DNA of 64,000 bases from Oceanispirochaeta sp. (lineage in GTDB: Bacteria > Spirochaetota > Spirochaetia > DSM-2461), in NCBI GenBank assembly GCA_963666275.2, contig CAXXOA010000001.1:2336001-2400000 (forward strand). The letters are read 5' to 3'. Numbering within the stretch: position 1 is the first letter of the stretch; the number at the start of each line of letters is the position of its first letter. The position numbers and the translations under genes were made by a program. Positions 8,384 through 18,087 of the stretch are shown here, piece after piece. The notes below the pieces were generated by a model. That model did not search any database, had not been told where the DNA came from, and was given only the letters and a program-made list of their open reading frames with translations.

Positions 8384-9865
8384 TTACAATTCTGTATTTA
8401 TAAAATTGTAAAGTGGACGGGGAAAATCCCAGGAAGGATCCTGGAATTCATTCCTTTCATGAAGGACTCCCAGATAGAGGATCACATGCCGCAGGACAGA
8501 ATACAGCGTGAGGGTTTTCTCTCTGAGATCGGAGACCTCCATAATGGCGGAACCATTTTTCAGGGGGTGAGACAGCTCCCTGTAGGTACTGTAGAGAAAG
8601 CTCAGACTGCCTGTCATGGCGTCCTGAAAAAGATCATATACCGCATGGAATGCGGGAGAGCGGGTTTCTTCCCAGACCGGCCGGATCTTGCCCCTGTCGT
8701 GAAAGTATTCCATCAGAGTTTCACTCCCCGGGATCCTGCGGTCCCAGAAAATCTCAAGATACTCTTTCACGGCTCCCCAGAGGGACCAGCCGTGAAGGAA
8801 GGCATTCCGCAGAAGATAGTACTCCATGGTTCCCGGTGCGTATCCGGCGACTCCCGGTTTATTCCCTCCCGGATCGGCATAATCGCGGCCGTCGGTATGG
8901 GTAATACCGTCGATAAGCAGAAACCGCCCGGTCCTGTAGAGTTCGGAAAGTCTTCCGAAAGAGACAGAGAGAGATATATAGCGCTTTTTCTGCTGGGGAT
9001 GGATAGTCAGGCTGCCGCTGCTGAACCGGGCCCGGTCTCCGGCGGCGAAATCGCATTTCCGGCAGAATCCGCAGAGATTCAGATAGAGGCTGTGCCGCAG
9101 ACTGAACATGGTGTACTCATGTTCCTGTTCGGAATTGGTAACGATGCTGTGCCGGGGATACTCCTCCTCGGCCTCCAGGAATTCCCGGTCCCTATGAAGT
9201 TCCAGTATTTTTTTGCGGAGGACTAGCCCTTCCTGGGCGGCATCTTCCCCTTCATCTATCCTGTAAGTCAGATGCCAGGCCTCTTTCAGCAGCTCCCGGG
9301 TATTGGAGCCGTTCAGTCTGGCGTAGGCAGTCATAAGCCGGATTTTTTCTGTCAGGACTTCCGGATCATCAGGTTTATACTTCAATGCGGCCTGATAGTG
9401 CCCCAGAGCCTCTATCCCTCTTCCGGAAATGTGGAGGATCCGCCCCAGCCCCAGACGGATTCTATAGGCCAGATGGTCACTCAGATTTTCATAGGAGAGG
9501 GCTTTTTCATAGCACTCACGGGCGCGGAGGAGTTCTTTCCTCTGGTAATATCCGAAATATTCATTGCTGTAGGAGGAAAGGGTGACCATATTGACAAGCT
9601 GATTTGCCAGATTCAGAAAATAGAACGGCGCGAGATCTTCAACTTCAAGAACCTCACTGCCGTGTTTATCCAGGAGATAGAGACCGTACTTCAGAATCTT
9701 CTCATCCCTCAGGATAAAACCGATATCAATAAGGCATTCAATTTTTTTCAGCAGGGACGAAAGATTCTGGACTTCCTGATCAACGATGAGATCAAATGCC
9801 TCCTGATACTGACCGGAGGACATCCTGCTTCGTGCTTTCTGTAACTGAAGGGCAAACTGGTCCAC
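8384..9865 (-). CDS. TPR protein with a C-terminal LA2681-like HEPN-type helical domain (probably degenerate)
   Basis: TPR motifs (ARECYEKAL, LGLGRILHISGRGIEALGHYQAAL); C-half resembles the LA2681-family pattern; GTG 9865 start chosen from promoter position. Confidence 0.55.
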   Translation of the reverse strand: MDQFALQLQKARSRMSSGQYQEAFDLIVDQEVQNLSSLLKKIECLIDIGFILRDEKILKYGLYLLDKHGSEVLEVEDLAPFYFLNLANQLVNMVTLSSYSNEYFGYYQRKELLRARECYEKALSYENLSDHLAYRIRLGLGRILHISGRGIEALGHYQAALKYKPDDPEVLTEKIRLMTAYARLNGSNTRELLKEAWHLTYRIDEGEDAAQEGLVLRKKILELHRDREFLEAEEEYPRHSIVTNSEQEHEYTMFSLRHSLYLNLCGFCRKCDFAAGDRARFSSGSLTIHPQQKKRYISLSVSFGRLSELYRTGRFLLIDGITHTDGRDYADPGGNKPGVAGYAPGTMEYYLLRNAFLHGWSLWGAVKEYLEIFWDRRIPGSETLMEYFHDRGKIRPVWEETRSPAFHAVYDLFQDAMTGSLSFLYSTYRELSHPLKNGSAIMEVSDLREKTLTLYSVLRHVILYLGVLHERNEFQDPSWDFPRPLYNFINTEL

Positions 9866-9944
9866 AGGAACAGTATACAGAAAAAGATCAGAAATGTCAC
9901 AAAGAACCTTTGGCAGAAAGCTAAGGAACTGTATACTCTTGGGT

Positions 9945-10790
9945 ATGAAAAAATGCACAATACTTTTTGAATTACTCCTTGCTCTCATTCTGATCCTATC
10001 CTGTACCCCCGGTCAGGAGACAGCCGGTCAGACAGAAGAGCCTGCAGCCTCTGTACTGCCTCTGATTCATCCCGATTTTCTATTAACCCTTCCTGATCTG
10101 AAAGAGCTGATTCAGGATCAGCCCGAAGAGATCATCCGGGCCATAATGAACAGGCCCCAGTATTTTCTGGAACTTACAGGCAGACTCCTTGATCTTCCAG
10201 GAAAGACCCTGGTTCTTGTCAATAAAACAGAAGGGATAACAGCCGAAGACAATCCCGGGGATCTGCTGGAACTGGATGACTATAAAGACACTCTTATTCT
10301 GTCGAGACCGGGACACAGTCTGAGACGCCAGGTTCTTCCCAATCTGCTGGCCATGAATGAAGCCGCCCGACAGGAGGGGTTGAGTCTTATGATATCCTCC
10401 ACCTACAGGCCCTATGAATATCAGGAATTCCTTTATAACAGATATGTTGAGCAGGATGGACAGGAAGAGGCGGACCGATATTCCGCCAGACCAGGCCATT
10501 CCCAGCACCAGCTGGGAACCGTCATTGATTTCGGCACCATCGATGAGAGCTTTGCCAAAACTCCTGAAGGGAAATGGCTCTTCGAGCATGCCCGGGAGTA
10601 CGGATTTTCTCTGACCTACCCGAAAGGGCTGGAAGACCTGACCGGTTATATGTGGGAAAGCTGGCATTACAGGTACATAACACCTGTGGGAACAGAGATG
10701 GAAAAGGAGTTTTTCCTGGGAATCCAGGAGTACATGCTCCGGTTCTTTCATGAAAAAAGGGACGAACTGGAAAAGAGCCGGAAAGGCTGA
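9945..10790 (+). CDS. D-alanyl-D-alanine carboxypeptidase (M15B/VanY-like) lipoprotein
   Basis: Lipobox ILSC; motifs SSTYR, SARPGHSQHQLG..D, ESWHYRY. Confidence 0.9.
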   Translation: MKKCTILFELLLALILILSCTPGQETAGQTEEPAASVLPLIHPDFLLTLPDLKELIQDQPEEIIRAIMNRPQYFLELTGRLLDLPGKTLVLVNKTEGITAEDNPGDLLELDDYKDTLILSRPGHSLRRQVLPNLLAMNEAARQEGLSLMISSTYRPYEYQEFLYNRYVEQDGQEEADRYSARPGHSQHQLGTVIDFGTIDESFAKTPEGKWLFEHAREYGFSLTYPKGLEDLTGYMWESWHYRYITPVGTEMEKEFFLGIQEYMLRFFHEKRDELEKSRKG

Positions 10791-10825
10791 AAAAAAAGGA
10801 CGGTTTTCTAAACCGTCCTTTTTTT
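10791..10825. terminator. Bidirectional intrinsic terminator
   Basis: A7-GGACGGTTT-TCT-AAACCGTCC-T7 between convergent genes. Confidence 0.9.
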
Positions 10826-10841
10826 ATATCTTCAGTTTGAT

Positions 10842-11891
10842 TTACTGAATGGTAAAAGTCTTTACTTCTTCATCATATACTTTCAGAACGTAGGTAGTGC
10901 CGGCTTCTTCAAGATAGGGAAAACTGAAAGTACCTCCTGGATGCTTCATGTCCAGAATCGTTTCTGTTTTACCACCGCTCATCATTTTTTCCACTCTCAG
11001 ATCTACTGAGATGGGATACTCGGGCAGAGACACTTCAAAGAGTCCGAACCTTTCATCGTCATCCAGACGGGATGGCGCATTGACAGTCAGAACAATGGGG
11101 GTCCCCGAAAGGATAACTTCGCCTGCACCGGGGGTCTGTTCCACCACAAGGGATTCTGTCTGATCTGATTCTTCTGTGCTTATGACAAATTCAAAGGGCT
11201 GATTGGATCGGACAAGCCTGTTCAGAGCATCTTCCCATTTGAGGCTTGTATAATCATCCAGCTTGTAGGACTCCCCTATGGGACCGCGGCTGACAACCAT
11301 TTCAATTTCAGTCAGCCCTGTAATCTGGGTTCCCCCTTCGGGTTTCTGAGCCAGAATTGTCCCGGCGGGAGATTCATCAAAAATATAGGTGACAGGTTCT
11401 TTTATGATCAAAAGAGGTTTATACGAGGCAAATAGAGTCTGCAGCTGGGTTTTTACATCCCGGAGATCCTTTCCCAGATAGTCGCCGACCTTGTCGACCA
11501 CAGCCCCTTTGCTTATGGTGAGTTTGACTCGCCGGCCCGCTTTGACAAGACTGCCCGGCTGGGGATCCTGTGAGATAATTCTGTCTTTCTCCATGGGATC
11601 TTCGGTAAACCTGACCTGCACCCTCGGATAGAGTTCCTTTTCCTGAAGGAGGACAAGTCCGTCCACCAGAAGCTCATTGGTCACATCGGGAACCAGTGTT
11701 TTTTCCGCCCCTCTGACTGCTATGAAAAAAGAGAGCATGAACGTCAGAAGCAGCAGCACCATAAGGGCCAGAATTATATAGAGGGTTTTCCGGAAAAAGA
11801 CTTTCTCATCCGGAGACTCGGAGGCTTCCCTGTTGGCAAGAGAATCTTTGACAGGATTATTTTTGAAGGAAAAGTTCCACTTAGGACTCAT
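10842..11891 (-). CDS. PASTA domain membrane protein
   Basis: One TM helix, then repeats of the VPDV / ISQDPQPG / VEQTPGAG type; follows fmt. Confidence 0.85.
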   Translation of the reverse strand: MSPKWNFSFKNNPVKDSLANREASESPDEKVFFRKTLYIILALMVLLLLTFMLSFFIAVRGAEKTLVPDVTNELLVDGLVLLQEKELYPRVQVRFTEDPMEKDRIISQDPQPGSLVKAGRRVKLTISKGAVVDKVGDYLGKDLRDVKTQLQTLFASYKPLLIIKEPVTYIFDESPAGTILAQKPEGGTQITGLTEIEMVVSRGPIGESYKLDDYTSLKWEDALNRLVRSNQPFEFVISTEESDQTESLVVEQTPGAGEVILSGTPIVLTVNAPSRLDDDERFGLFEVSLPEYPISVDLRVEKMMSGGKTETILDMKHPGGTFSFPYLEEAGTTYVLKVYDEEVKTFTIQ

Positions 11892-12825
11892 CAGCATCTC
11901 CCAGAACTGAACCGATAAAATCTTTCGAACCATTAAGGAACGATTTGAAGTCCAGTGGTTTTTTTGACTGCAGTTGCAGACGGGTTACCGCCAGCAGTCC
12001 TTGTCCAGTTTTTATCAGAATTCCCTGACCCTTGTCCACCCCCAGAACTTTTCCGACCGGTTCGTCAGAGCTGTCATCTTCCAGATTATGGGCTTCCAGG
12101 ATATTCAGTCTCTGGCCTTTCCAGCTTGTAAAGCCATGAGGCCAGGGGGTATAGGCCCGGATCAGTCGATCCAGAACCGGAGCAGGTTCACTCCAGTTTA
12201 TAAGACCGTCATTTTTTCCGATGAGAGAACAGAAAGTAGCCTTATTATGATCCTGGGGGACCGGAGTAAGACCATTCCGCTCCATCTTATTCACAACATC
12301 CACAAGATACTCCGCACCCAGTTCCGCGACTCGGGCTGTCAGAGAATCACAGGTCTCTCTTTCATGGATTGCAAGAGGTTTCTGCAGAAGGATATCACCG
12401 CTGTCCATCTCCAGAGCCAGGGTCTGTACGGTAACGGCGGTTTCCCGGTCTCCTCTGAGAATGATGCTGTTCAGCGGAGAGGGGCCTCTCAGATCGGGCA
12501 GCTTCGAGGGATGAAGATTTACCCCTCCCCGGGGGAACAGATCCAGAAAGACCTGTCTGAAGATTTTCCCGTAGGCAATACAGACAAGCAGTTCCGGTTT
12601 CAGCGCCTTCACCTGTTCCCGGAGTTCATGATCCAGCTTATGAGGCTGAAGAACCGGAAGATTCAGGGCTTCCCCGGCTTCCTTCACAGGAGAGGGGGCA
12701 ACCTTGCGCCCCCGGCCTTTGGTTTTATCCGGATTGGTAAGAACCCCTACCACTTCATGATGCTCCGCCAGAGCCTTCAGGGAGGGAACAGCGATTTCAG
12801 GTGTACCCGCGAAGAGTATTCTCAT
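11881..12825 (-). CDS. fmt: Methionyl-tRNA formyltransferase
   Basis: MRILFAGTPEIA, NLHPSKLPDLRGPSP, MDSGDI. Confidence 0.95.
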   Translation of the reverse strand: MRILFAGTPEIAVPSLKALAEHHEVVGVLTNPDKTKGRGRKVAPSPVKEAGEALNLPVLQPHKLDHELREQVKALKPELLVCIAYGKIFRQVFLDLFPRGGVNLHPSKLPDLRGPSPLNSIILRGDRETAVTVQTLALEMDSGDILLQKPLAIHERETCDSLTARVAELGAEYLVDVVNKMERNGLTPVPQDHNKATFCSLIGKNDGLINWSEPAPVLDRLIRAYTPWPHGFTSWKGQRLNILEAHNLEDDSSDEPVGKVLGVDKGQGILIKTGQGLLAVTRLQLQSKKPLDFKSFLNGSKDFIGSVLGDADES

Positions 12826-13319
12826 TTGGGCTCCAGAGATTTCATATATTTCCTGACCAGTTTTTCCCTTTTTCTGTCGGAAAGATGATCCACAAACATG
12901 ACGCCGTTCAGATGATCATACTCATGCTGAATAACCGTAGCCATCAGTCCGTCAGCTTCCATGGTGAAGGGACGGCCCCGTCTGTTCCAGGCCTGAATCT
13001 GAATGGCCGCCGGTCTTTTGACATCCCCGTACATACCGGGAATACTCAGACAGCCCTCTTCATAGGAGGATAATTCTTCGCTTGTGCCAATAATCTCCGG
13101 ATTGATAAAGAAAAAAGGATTGCCCTTTTCTATCTGCACAACAAAGAATCTCTCATTCCTGCCCACCTGAGGAGCCGCCAGTCCGATACCGACGCCTTCA
13201 ATAGCCTGAACCATCCTGTCCATATATTCGATCAGTTCCTGATCGATCTCTTTCACTTTCTCTGATTTATTTCTAAGAACATTCAGCTGTTCTTCAATAT
13301 CAATTGTGTATATATCCAT
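12822..13319 (-). CDS. def: Peptide deformylase
   Basis: GIGLAAPQVG, EGCLS, QHEYDHLNG. Confidence 0.97.
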   Translation of the reverse strand: MDIYTIDIEEQLNVLRNKSEKVKEIDQELIEYMDRMVQAIEGVGIGLAAPQVGRNERFFVVQIEKGNPFFFINPEIIGTSEELSSYEEGCLSIPGMYGDVKRPAAIQIQAWNRRGRPFTMEADGLMATVIQHEYDHLNGVMFVDHLSDRKREKLVRKYMKSLEPK

Positions 13320-13403
13320 ATGCCGTTCCTTTCCCGGAGGGAAAAACCCCTTCCTGATTCATTACCAATAGTACTAAAACACTCCCTGTAAAGTCAATTC
13401 TGA

Positions 13404-15386
13404 TTACAGGAGCTGTACCGGATCCACATCGATCTCCCTGTAGACCCCGGAAGGAACCGGGCACATTTCAAGCTGCCTGGCCACCAGATTATGATCCCGG
13501 GAAAATTCATGGGACCGGATCAGCGTATGGAATCTGTAATTCCCGGCAATGACACCCAGGGGACATTCCGCAGGGCCCATGCACTCGGTCACCCCGGCCT
13601 TCCTCAGACGGTCCGTACACTCCTCCAGGCTCTGTAGCACCTTATTCCTCTGTTTTCCCCTATGCACAATTCTGATGAGCCTGGAAAAAGGCGGAAAACC
13701 CAGAACTTCTCTGGCATCCCTTTCATAGCGGTAGAAGGTCTCCCACTCCCCTTCCGCCGCCAGGGCTATTGCCGGATTTTCCGGCCGGAAGGTCTGGATC
13801 AGAACTTCTCCGTCACTGCTGTAGCGTCCGGCCCGGCCGGCGACCTGAACAATCAGTGAAAAAGCCCGTTCCCCCGCCCTGAAATCCGGCAGAGAAAGCC
13901 CCGTATCGGCCAAGACGATCCCCACCAGACGGACACCGGGAAAGTTCAGTCCCTTAGCAACCATCTGAGTTCCCAGGAGGATATCAATACTGCCTTCCCG
14001 GAAGGCGCTGATTGTATCCTGAAGAACACCTTTTTTCCGGGCGGCATCTGTATCCAGCCTGGCAATACGGGCATCGGGAAAGTACCGGGCGACCTCCTCT
14101 TCCACATGTTCCGTACCGAATCCGGCATACCCGACATCGATGGAACCGCAGGAAGGGCAGACTTTCAGAGGATTTTCCTGATAGCCGCAGTAGTGGCAGA
14201 CCATCCTGTTTCTGTTTTTATGATAGGTCATGGGAATACTGCACTGACGGCACTGCATCTCGTACCCGCAGCTCCTACAGTGAAAAAAATAGGAGTGTCC
14301 CCGCCTGTTCAGAAAAAGGATAACCTGCTTCCGGTCCTTAAGGACCTGTTCCATCGCAAGCATCAGTTCATGGGAAAGGAGGCTTTTTGACTGCTTCATA
14401 TCCACGACAGTGACAGTCGGAAGGGATCCTCCGGCCGGTCTGGTTGTCAGCTTGAGAGAGCGGACAGCCCCGGTTTCCATTAGATGCCAGGCTTCCACCG
14501 AGGGTGTGGCGCTTCCCATCACCAGAACAGCCCCTTCCTGGCGGCATCGCTTCATGGCCACCTGCCGGCCGTGATACCGGGGAGTAGAACCGGATTTATA
14601 GGAGTTTTCATGCTCCTCATCAAGAATGATCAGCCCCAGATTTTTCAGGGGGGCGAAAACGGCACTCCTGGCACCGATGACCATCCTGGCCTCTCCGCTC
14701 TGGATCCGTCTCCACTCCTTGAGCTTCTGGGAGGGAGTCAGATGGGAGTGAAGCACAGCCACAGGCACGGGAATCCGGCTTTTCAGAGAGTCCACAAGCT
14801 GATGGGTCAGGGAGATCTCCGGCACCAGATAGAGAATGGTCTTCCCTTCTTCCAGCAGGGCTGAAGCGGCCTGGAGAAAAACCTCGGTCTTGCCTGAACC
14901 TGTGATTCCATGGAGATAGTAGAAGGAGCTTTCTCTTTTCAGGATCTCCTGAAGAGCCTCTTCCTGTTCACCGCTCAAAACGATGGCGGAACCGTCAGCG
15001 ACGGGAGCATCTCCTCCCAGACCCAGAGGGGGAAGATCCTTCTCCTTCCTTCCGCCGGGGAGCATTATGCTCAGAGCCTCTCCCTGAGTGCACAGATAAA
15101 AGAGGCTAATCCACTGGGCCAGATCCAGGAGGGAGTCATCAAACAGGGGCTGATCGTCTACCACCCGTCGGACAGGTTTGACTTCAGAAAGGCCTTCCGG
15201 CAGGGAGTCTGTCTCGCCGGTAATCCATCCGGTCAGCTCCCGCCGGCCGAAAGGAGCTGTGACGCGGCATCCTATGAGTTCCCGGGATTCTCTGTTGAAG
15301 TCTTCGGGAAGAGAATAGGTATACACGCCGTCCAGAGGCAGATTGAAGACAACTTCAATATACCGGGGAGTTTCAGTTCCGGGCAT
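13404..15386 (-). CDS. priA: Primosomal protein N' helicase
   Basis: GITGSGKTE, DEEHE, MGSATP, four CxxC pairs, QVAGRAGR. Confidence 0.97.
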   Translation of the reverse strand: MPGTETPRYIEVVFNLPLDGVYTYSLPEDFNRESRELIGCRVTAPFGRRELTGWITGETDSLPEGLSEVKPVRRVVDDQPLFDDSLLDLAQWISLFYLCTQGEALSIMLPGGRKEKDLPPLGLGGDAPVADGSAIVLSGEQEEALQEILKRESSFYYLHGITGSGKTEVFLQAASALLEEGKTILYLVPEISLTHQLVDSLKSRIPVPVAVLHSHLTPSQKLKEWRRIQSGEARMVIGARSAVFAPLKNLGLIILDEEHENSYKSGSTPRYHGRQVAMKRCRQEGAVLVMGSATPSVEAWHLMETGAVRSLKLTTRPAGGSLPTVTVVDMKQSKSLLSHELMLAMEQVLKDRKQVILFLNRRGHSYFFHCRSCGYEMQCRQCSIPMTYHKNRNRMVCHYCGYQENPLKVCPSCGSIDVGYAGFGTEHVEEEVARYFPDARIARLDTDAARKKGVLQDTISAFREGSIDILLGTQMVAKGLNFPGVRLVGIVLADTGLSLPDFRAGERAFSLIVQVAGRAGRYSSDGEVLIQTFRPENPAIALAAEGEWETFYRYERDAREVLGFPPFSRLIRIVHRGKQRNKVLQSLEECTDRLRKAGVTECMGPAECPLGVIAGNYRFHTLIRSHEFSRDHNLVARQLEMCPVPSGVYREIDVDPVQLL

Positions 15387-16122
15387 TTAAAAGATCCCGC
15401 ACTTTTTTCAGATCTTCCCAGACGGGACGTTTGAGTTCGTCAAAATTCAGGACCTGATCGGGACTGAAAGTGGCCAGCACGGGTATTCCCTTCCAGGCTC
15501 CTGCCATGCCTCTGAGTTCACTGACTTTTCTGCCCGGCGCATCAAGAAAATACGCCGATGAAACAGGACCCAGAGTCAGGATTCCCGCCGGAGCAAGATC
15601 AGATACGGAGGCTTCGATACTGCCGGCGCAGCGGCTCATCTCTTCAGGAAAGGGAGGTCTGTTTCCGGGCATTCTGCACCGGGGAAAATTCATAAGGAGA
15701 ACATCTTTTTCCATATCCAGATCAATGGCAGCCATCCATTTGAGAAAGTAGTCCATCTCCTCTGCAGCCAGAGGCACATGATTCTCCTCGGCTCTGACCG
15801 AAGGGGGCCCGCAAAGGACAAGGAGTTTAGGCTTTGCCGCCCCGATAGCTGGGACAGCGGTTTTCCCCATTCTGGCCACAGGACATCTGCTGCAGGCTTC
15901 CCGTGTATCCAGGTGGACCAGTGGATGATCCGTATTGGGCCTGGGAGCAACGGGGGATTCTGATTTGCTTTGAATGTCCGGCCCTGCCGGAGGAGCGGTT
16001 TGATGCTTCGGATCCTGCCACTGGGGAGGAGAATACTCTCCCGAACGCTTTCCGAAACGGACATAGTCCTCTGCCAGGGAAAGGACTTTCCAGAACTCAG
16101 TATATAATTGTTTCTGACTCAT
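15373..16122 (-). CDS. Uracil-DNA glycosylase family 4-like protein
   Basis: CSRCPV, RCRMPGNRPPFPEEMSRC, ATFSP; the usual GEAP and HP motifs appear altered. Confidence 0.75.
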   Translation of the reverse strand: MSQKQLYTEFWKVLSLAEDYVRFGKRSGEYSPPQWQDPKHQTAPPAGPDIQSKSESPVAPRPNTDHPLVHLDTREACSRCPVARMGKTAVPAIGAAKPKLLVLCGPPSVRAEENHVPLAAEEMDYFLKWMAAIDLDMEKDVLLMNFPRCRMPGNRPPFPEEMSRCAGSIEASVSDLAPAGILTLGPVSSAYFLDAPGRKVSELRGMAGAWKGIPVLATFSPDQVLNFDELKRPVWEDLKKVRDLLNARN

Positions 16123-16870
16123 ATAGCACCTTATAGAGAAAAAGTCCTCTGGCCGGAGCGGAGGGCCCGGCCAGGGCTCTGTTTTTTTCCTCCAGAATCT
16201 CTTTCATTCGGGAGGGATCCGCTTTTTCCTGATCAAGCTGAAGGAACGTACCCACCAGGGTTCTGACCATCCTCCATAAAAAGGCATTCCCCGCTATCCG
16301 GAAGACGATGAACGGCCCCTCTCTCAGAAAACAGGCACTGTAAATCTGACGGGTCTTGTTTTCATTCTGATCTCTCAGAGCGGCAAACGAGGTAAAATCA
16401 TGGACACCGGTAATGACATCCGCCAGGGCATTCAGCCTGACAAGGTCCAGAGGGGGTCTCGTGAGATAACAGAAATCCCTGTAGTGAGCAGCCCCCGCAT
16501 CGGCATTGAGGATATAGTATTTATAGACCCGGCAGCGGGCGTCAAAACGGGAATGAAAATCCTGATGCACTCCAGAGCTTTTGAGAATCCTGATATCCCG
16601 GGGAAGATGGGAGTTCAGAGCGTCCCGGAAGCGTTCATCCGGAATGGATTGATGATCCGAATAGAAATTGGCCACCTGTCCGGTGGCATGGACCCCCGAG
16701 TCAGTCCTTCCCGACCCTGTCAGATTCACAGGATGATCGTGCAGAGCCTTGAGGGCCTTTTCAATCTCTCCCTGAACACTGGGCCCGTTCTTCTGAATCT
16801 GCCAGCCCTGATAGGCTGTGCCGTCATAGGATATATCCAGACGGATATTACGATTCGAATCCGATTTCAC
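16097..16870 (-). CDS. truA: tRNA pseudouridine(38-40) synthase
   Basis: YDGTAYQGWQ, GRTDSGVHA, AFLWRMVR. Confidence 0.97.
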   Translation of the reverse strand: MKSDSNRNIRLDISYDGTAYQGWQIQKNGPSVQGEIEKALKALHDHPVNLTGSGRTDSGVHATGQVANFYSDHQSIPDERFRDALNSHLPRDIRILKSSGVHQDFHSRFDARCRVYKYYILNADAGAAHYRDFCYLTRPPLDLVRLNALADVITGVHDFTSFAALRDQNENKTRQIYSACFLREGPFIVFRIAGNAFLWRMVRTLVGTFLQLDQEKADPSRMKEILEEKNRALAGPSAPARGLFLYKVLYESETIIY

Positions 16871-17711
16871 TTATCTCATCCTTGATCTCTTTGTGAAGGT
16901 CCCTTGCCAGATCCAGAAGAGCGGAGGGTTTGGATTTGGAAGATTTACCCATTCCTACAATCCGGGAAACCGTAGAGCGGGCTTTCTTGAGCTGAGCTCC
17001 TCTCCGTTCGGGGTTATTCCTCTGGCCGTATTTATACTCCAGATAACCTGCCAGGTAAAGGGCGCCGTCAAAACCGTAATTGTTATCCAGATCCGGCCCG
17101 AGATGGGAGATTCCCTCCACAGTCTCTGTGCCTTTCTGTTCCAATTCCACCACCCGGCTGTAGAAATAGGCGGCTTTCCTGTAAAAAACCTGGGCCAGGT
17201 AGTCGTAATTGCCCGATGGATCCTCTTTGTGAAAATCCATGGAGAGCCAGGCGGCCCGGATGCAGCAGAGAGCCTGCTTCATGGTGGGAGCCTGATCCTT
17301 CGGAGAAGAGTCATAACACATCATGGCCAGGATGTAGGAGGAGATGCCCTCAGCCAGTCCCCGGTTTACCTGAAAATCCAGATCGGGAAAGAGTTTTTTC
17401 ACCTCTCCCTTTCTCTGTCCTATTCTCCCTTTGAGATCCGCCAGACGCTCTCCCTGAGGTTTATCAAAATCACTGGGATAGGCTGCGTAATAGCAGGAGG
17501 GACAGACTGTCACAGGATAGAGGAGAGGATAGACAGCTCCGAATTTCGCCGTTGGTCTATACTGCCTGTGAAGTTCTTTTGTCAGATCTCCCGCGTTCAT
17601 CCTTCCCCCTCCCGAGAGAAGTTCCTCTTTGCGGAAGGTATTGTCACATACCGGGCAGGCGGTTTCCTGCTTCTGAAAGAATGTGAGTTTTACTTTTTTA
17701 TCTTCAGCCAT
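16848..17711 (-). CDS. DUF2225-like Zn-ribbon/helical protein
   Basis: CPVC...VTVCPSCYYA pattern. Confidence 0.75.
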   Translation of the reverse strand: MAEDKKVKLTFFQKQETACPVCDNTFRKEELLSGGGRMNAGDLTKELHRQYRPTAKFGAVYPLLYPVTVCPSCYYAAYPSDFDKPQGERLADLKGRIGQRKGEVKKLFPDLDFQVNRGLAEGISSYILAMMCYDSSPKDQAPTMKQALCCIRAAWLSMDFHKEDPSGNYDYLAQVFYRKAAYFYSRVVELEQKGTETVEGISHLGPDLDNNYGFDGALYLAGYLEYKYGQRNNPERRGAQLKKARSTVSRIVGMGKSSKSKPSALLDLARDLHKEIKDEISEIGFES

Positions 17712-18087
17712 GGGATTCCCCTTCTATCAAGACCTGTGCGACAGCCAGATTTCCTTCGTGAGAGAGAGAAAGATGGACCCGCTCCCCTCCGGCCCGCTGC
17801 AGCGCTTTTAACGCGGTACCCTCCACCGCGAGATCCGGTTTTCCGTCGGCGTTTCTCTTCACCATGATGTCTTTGAGGACAATCCCGCTGAGCCCGCTGC
17901 CCAGGGCTTTGCCGAAGGCTTCCTTGGCGGCGAATCTGGCAGCCAGGGAGGGAGCGGCTCCTTTGCCCCGGTTGTTGATATATTCTACTTCTTCGGCGGA
18001 GAAAAAACGGTTCATCAGTGCCTGATCCTGCAGCCAGGATTCGATCCTTCCTATATCCACCATATCAATCCCTATTCCCAGGATCAT
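17704..18087 (-). CDS. acpS: Holo-ACP synthase
   Basis: GIGIDMV, ARFAAKEAFGKA, SLSHE. Confidence 0.95.
   Translation of the reverse strand: MILGIGIDMVDIGRIESWLQDQALMNRFFSAEEVEYINNRGKGAAPSLAARFAAKEAFGKALGSGLSGIVLKDIMVKRNADGKPDLAVEGTALKALQRAGGERVHLSLSHEGNLAVAQVLIEGESHG

Noticed and set aside
9945..10790. Vancomycin resistance gene vanY
   Set aside because: No vanHAX or vanRS nearby; an ordinary M15B carboxypeptidase lipoprotein.
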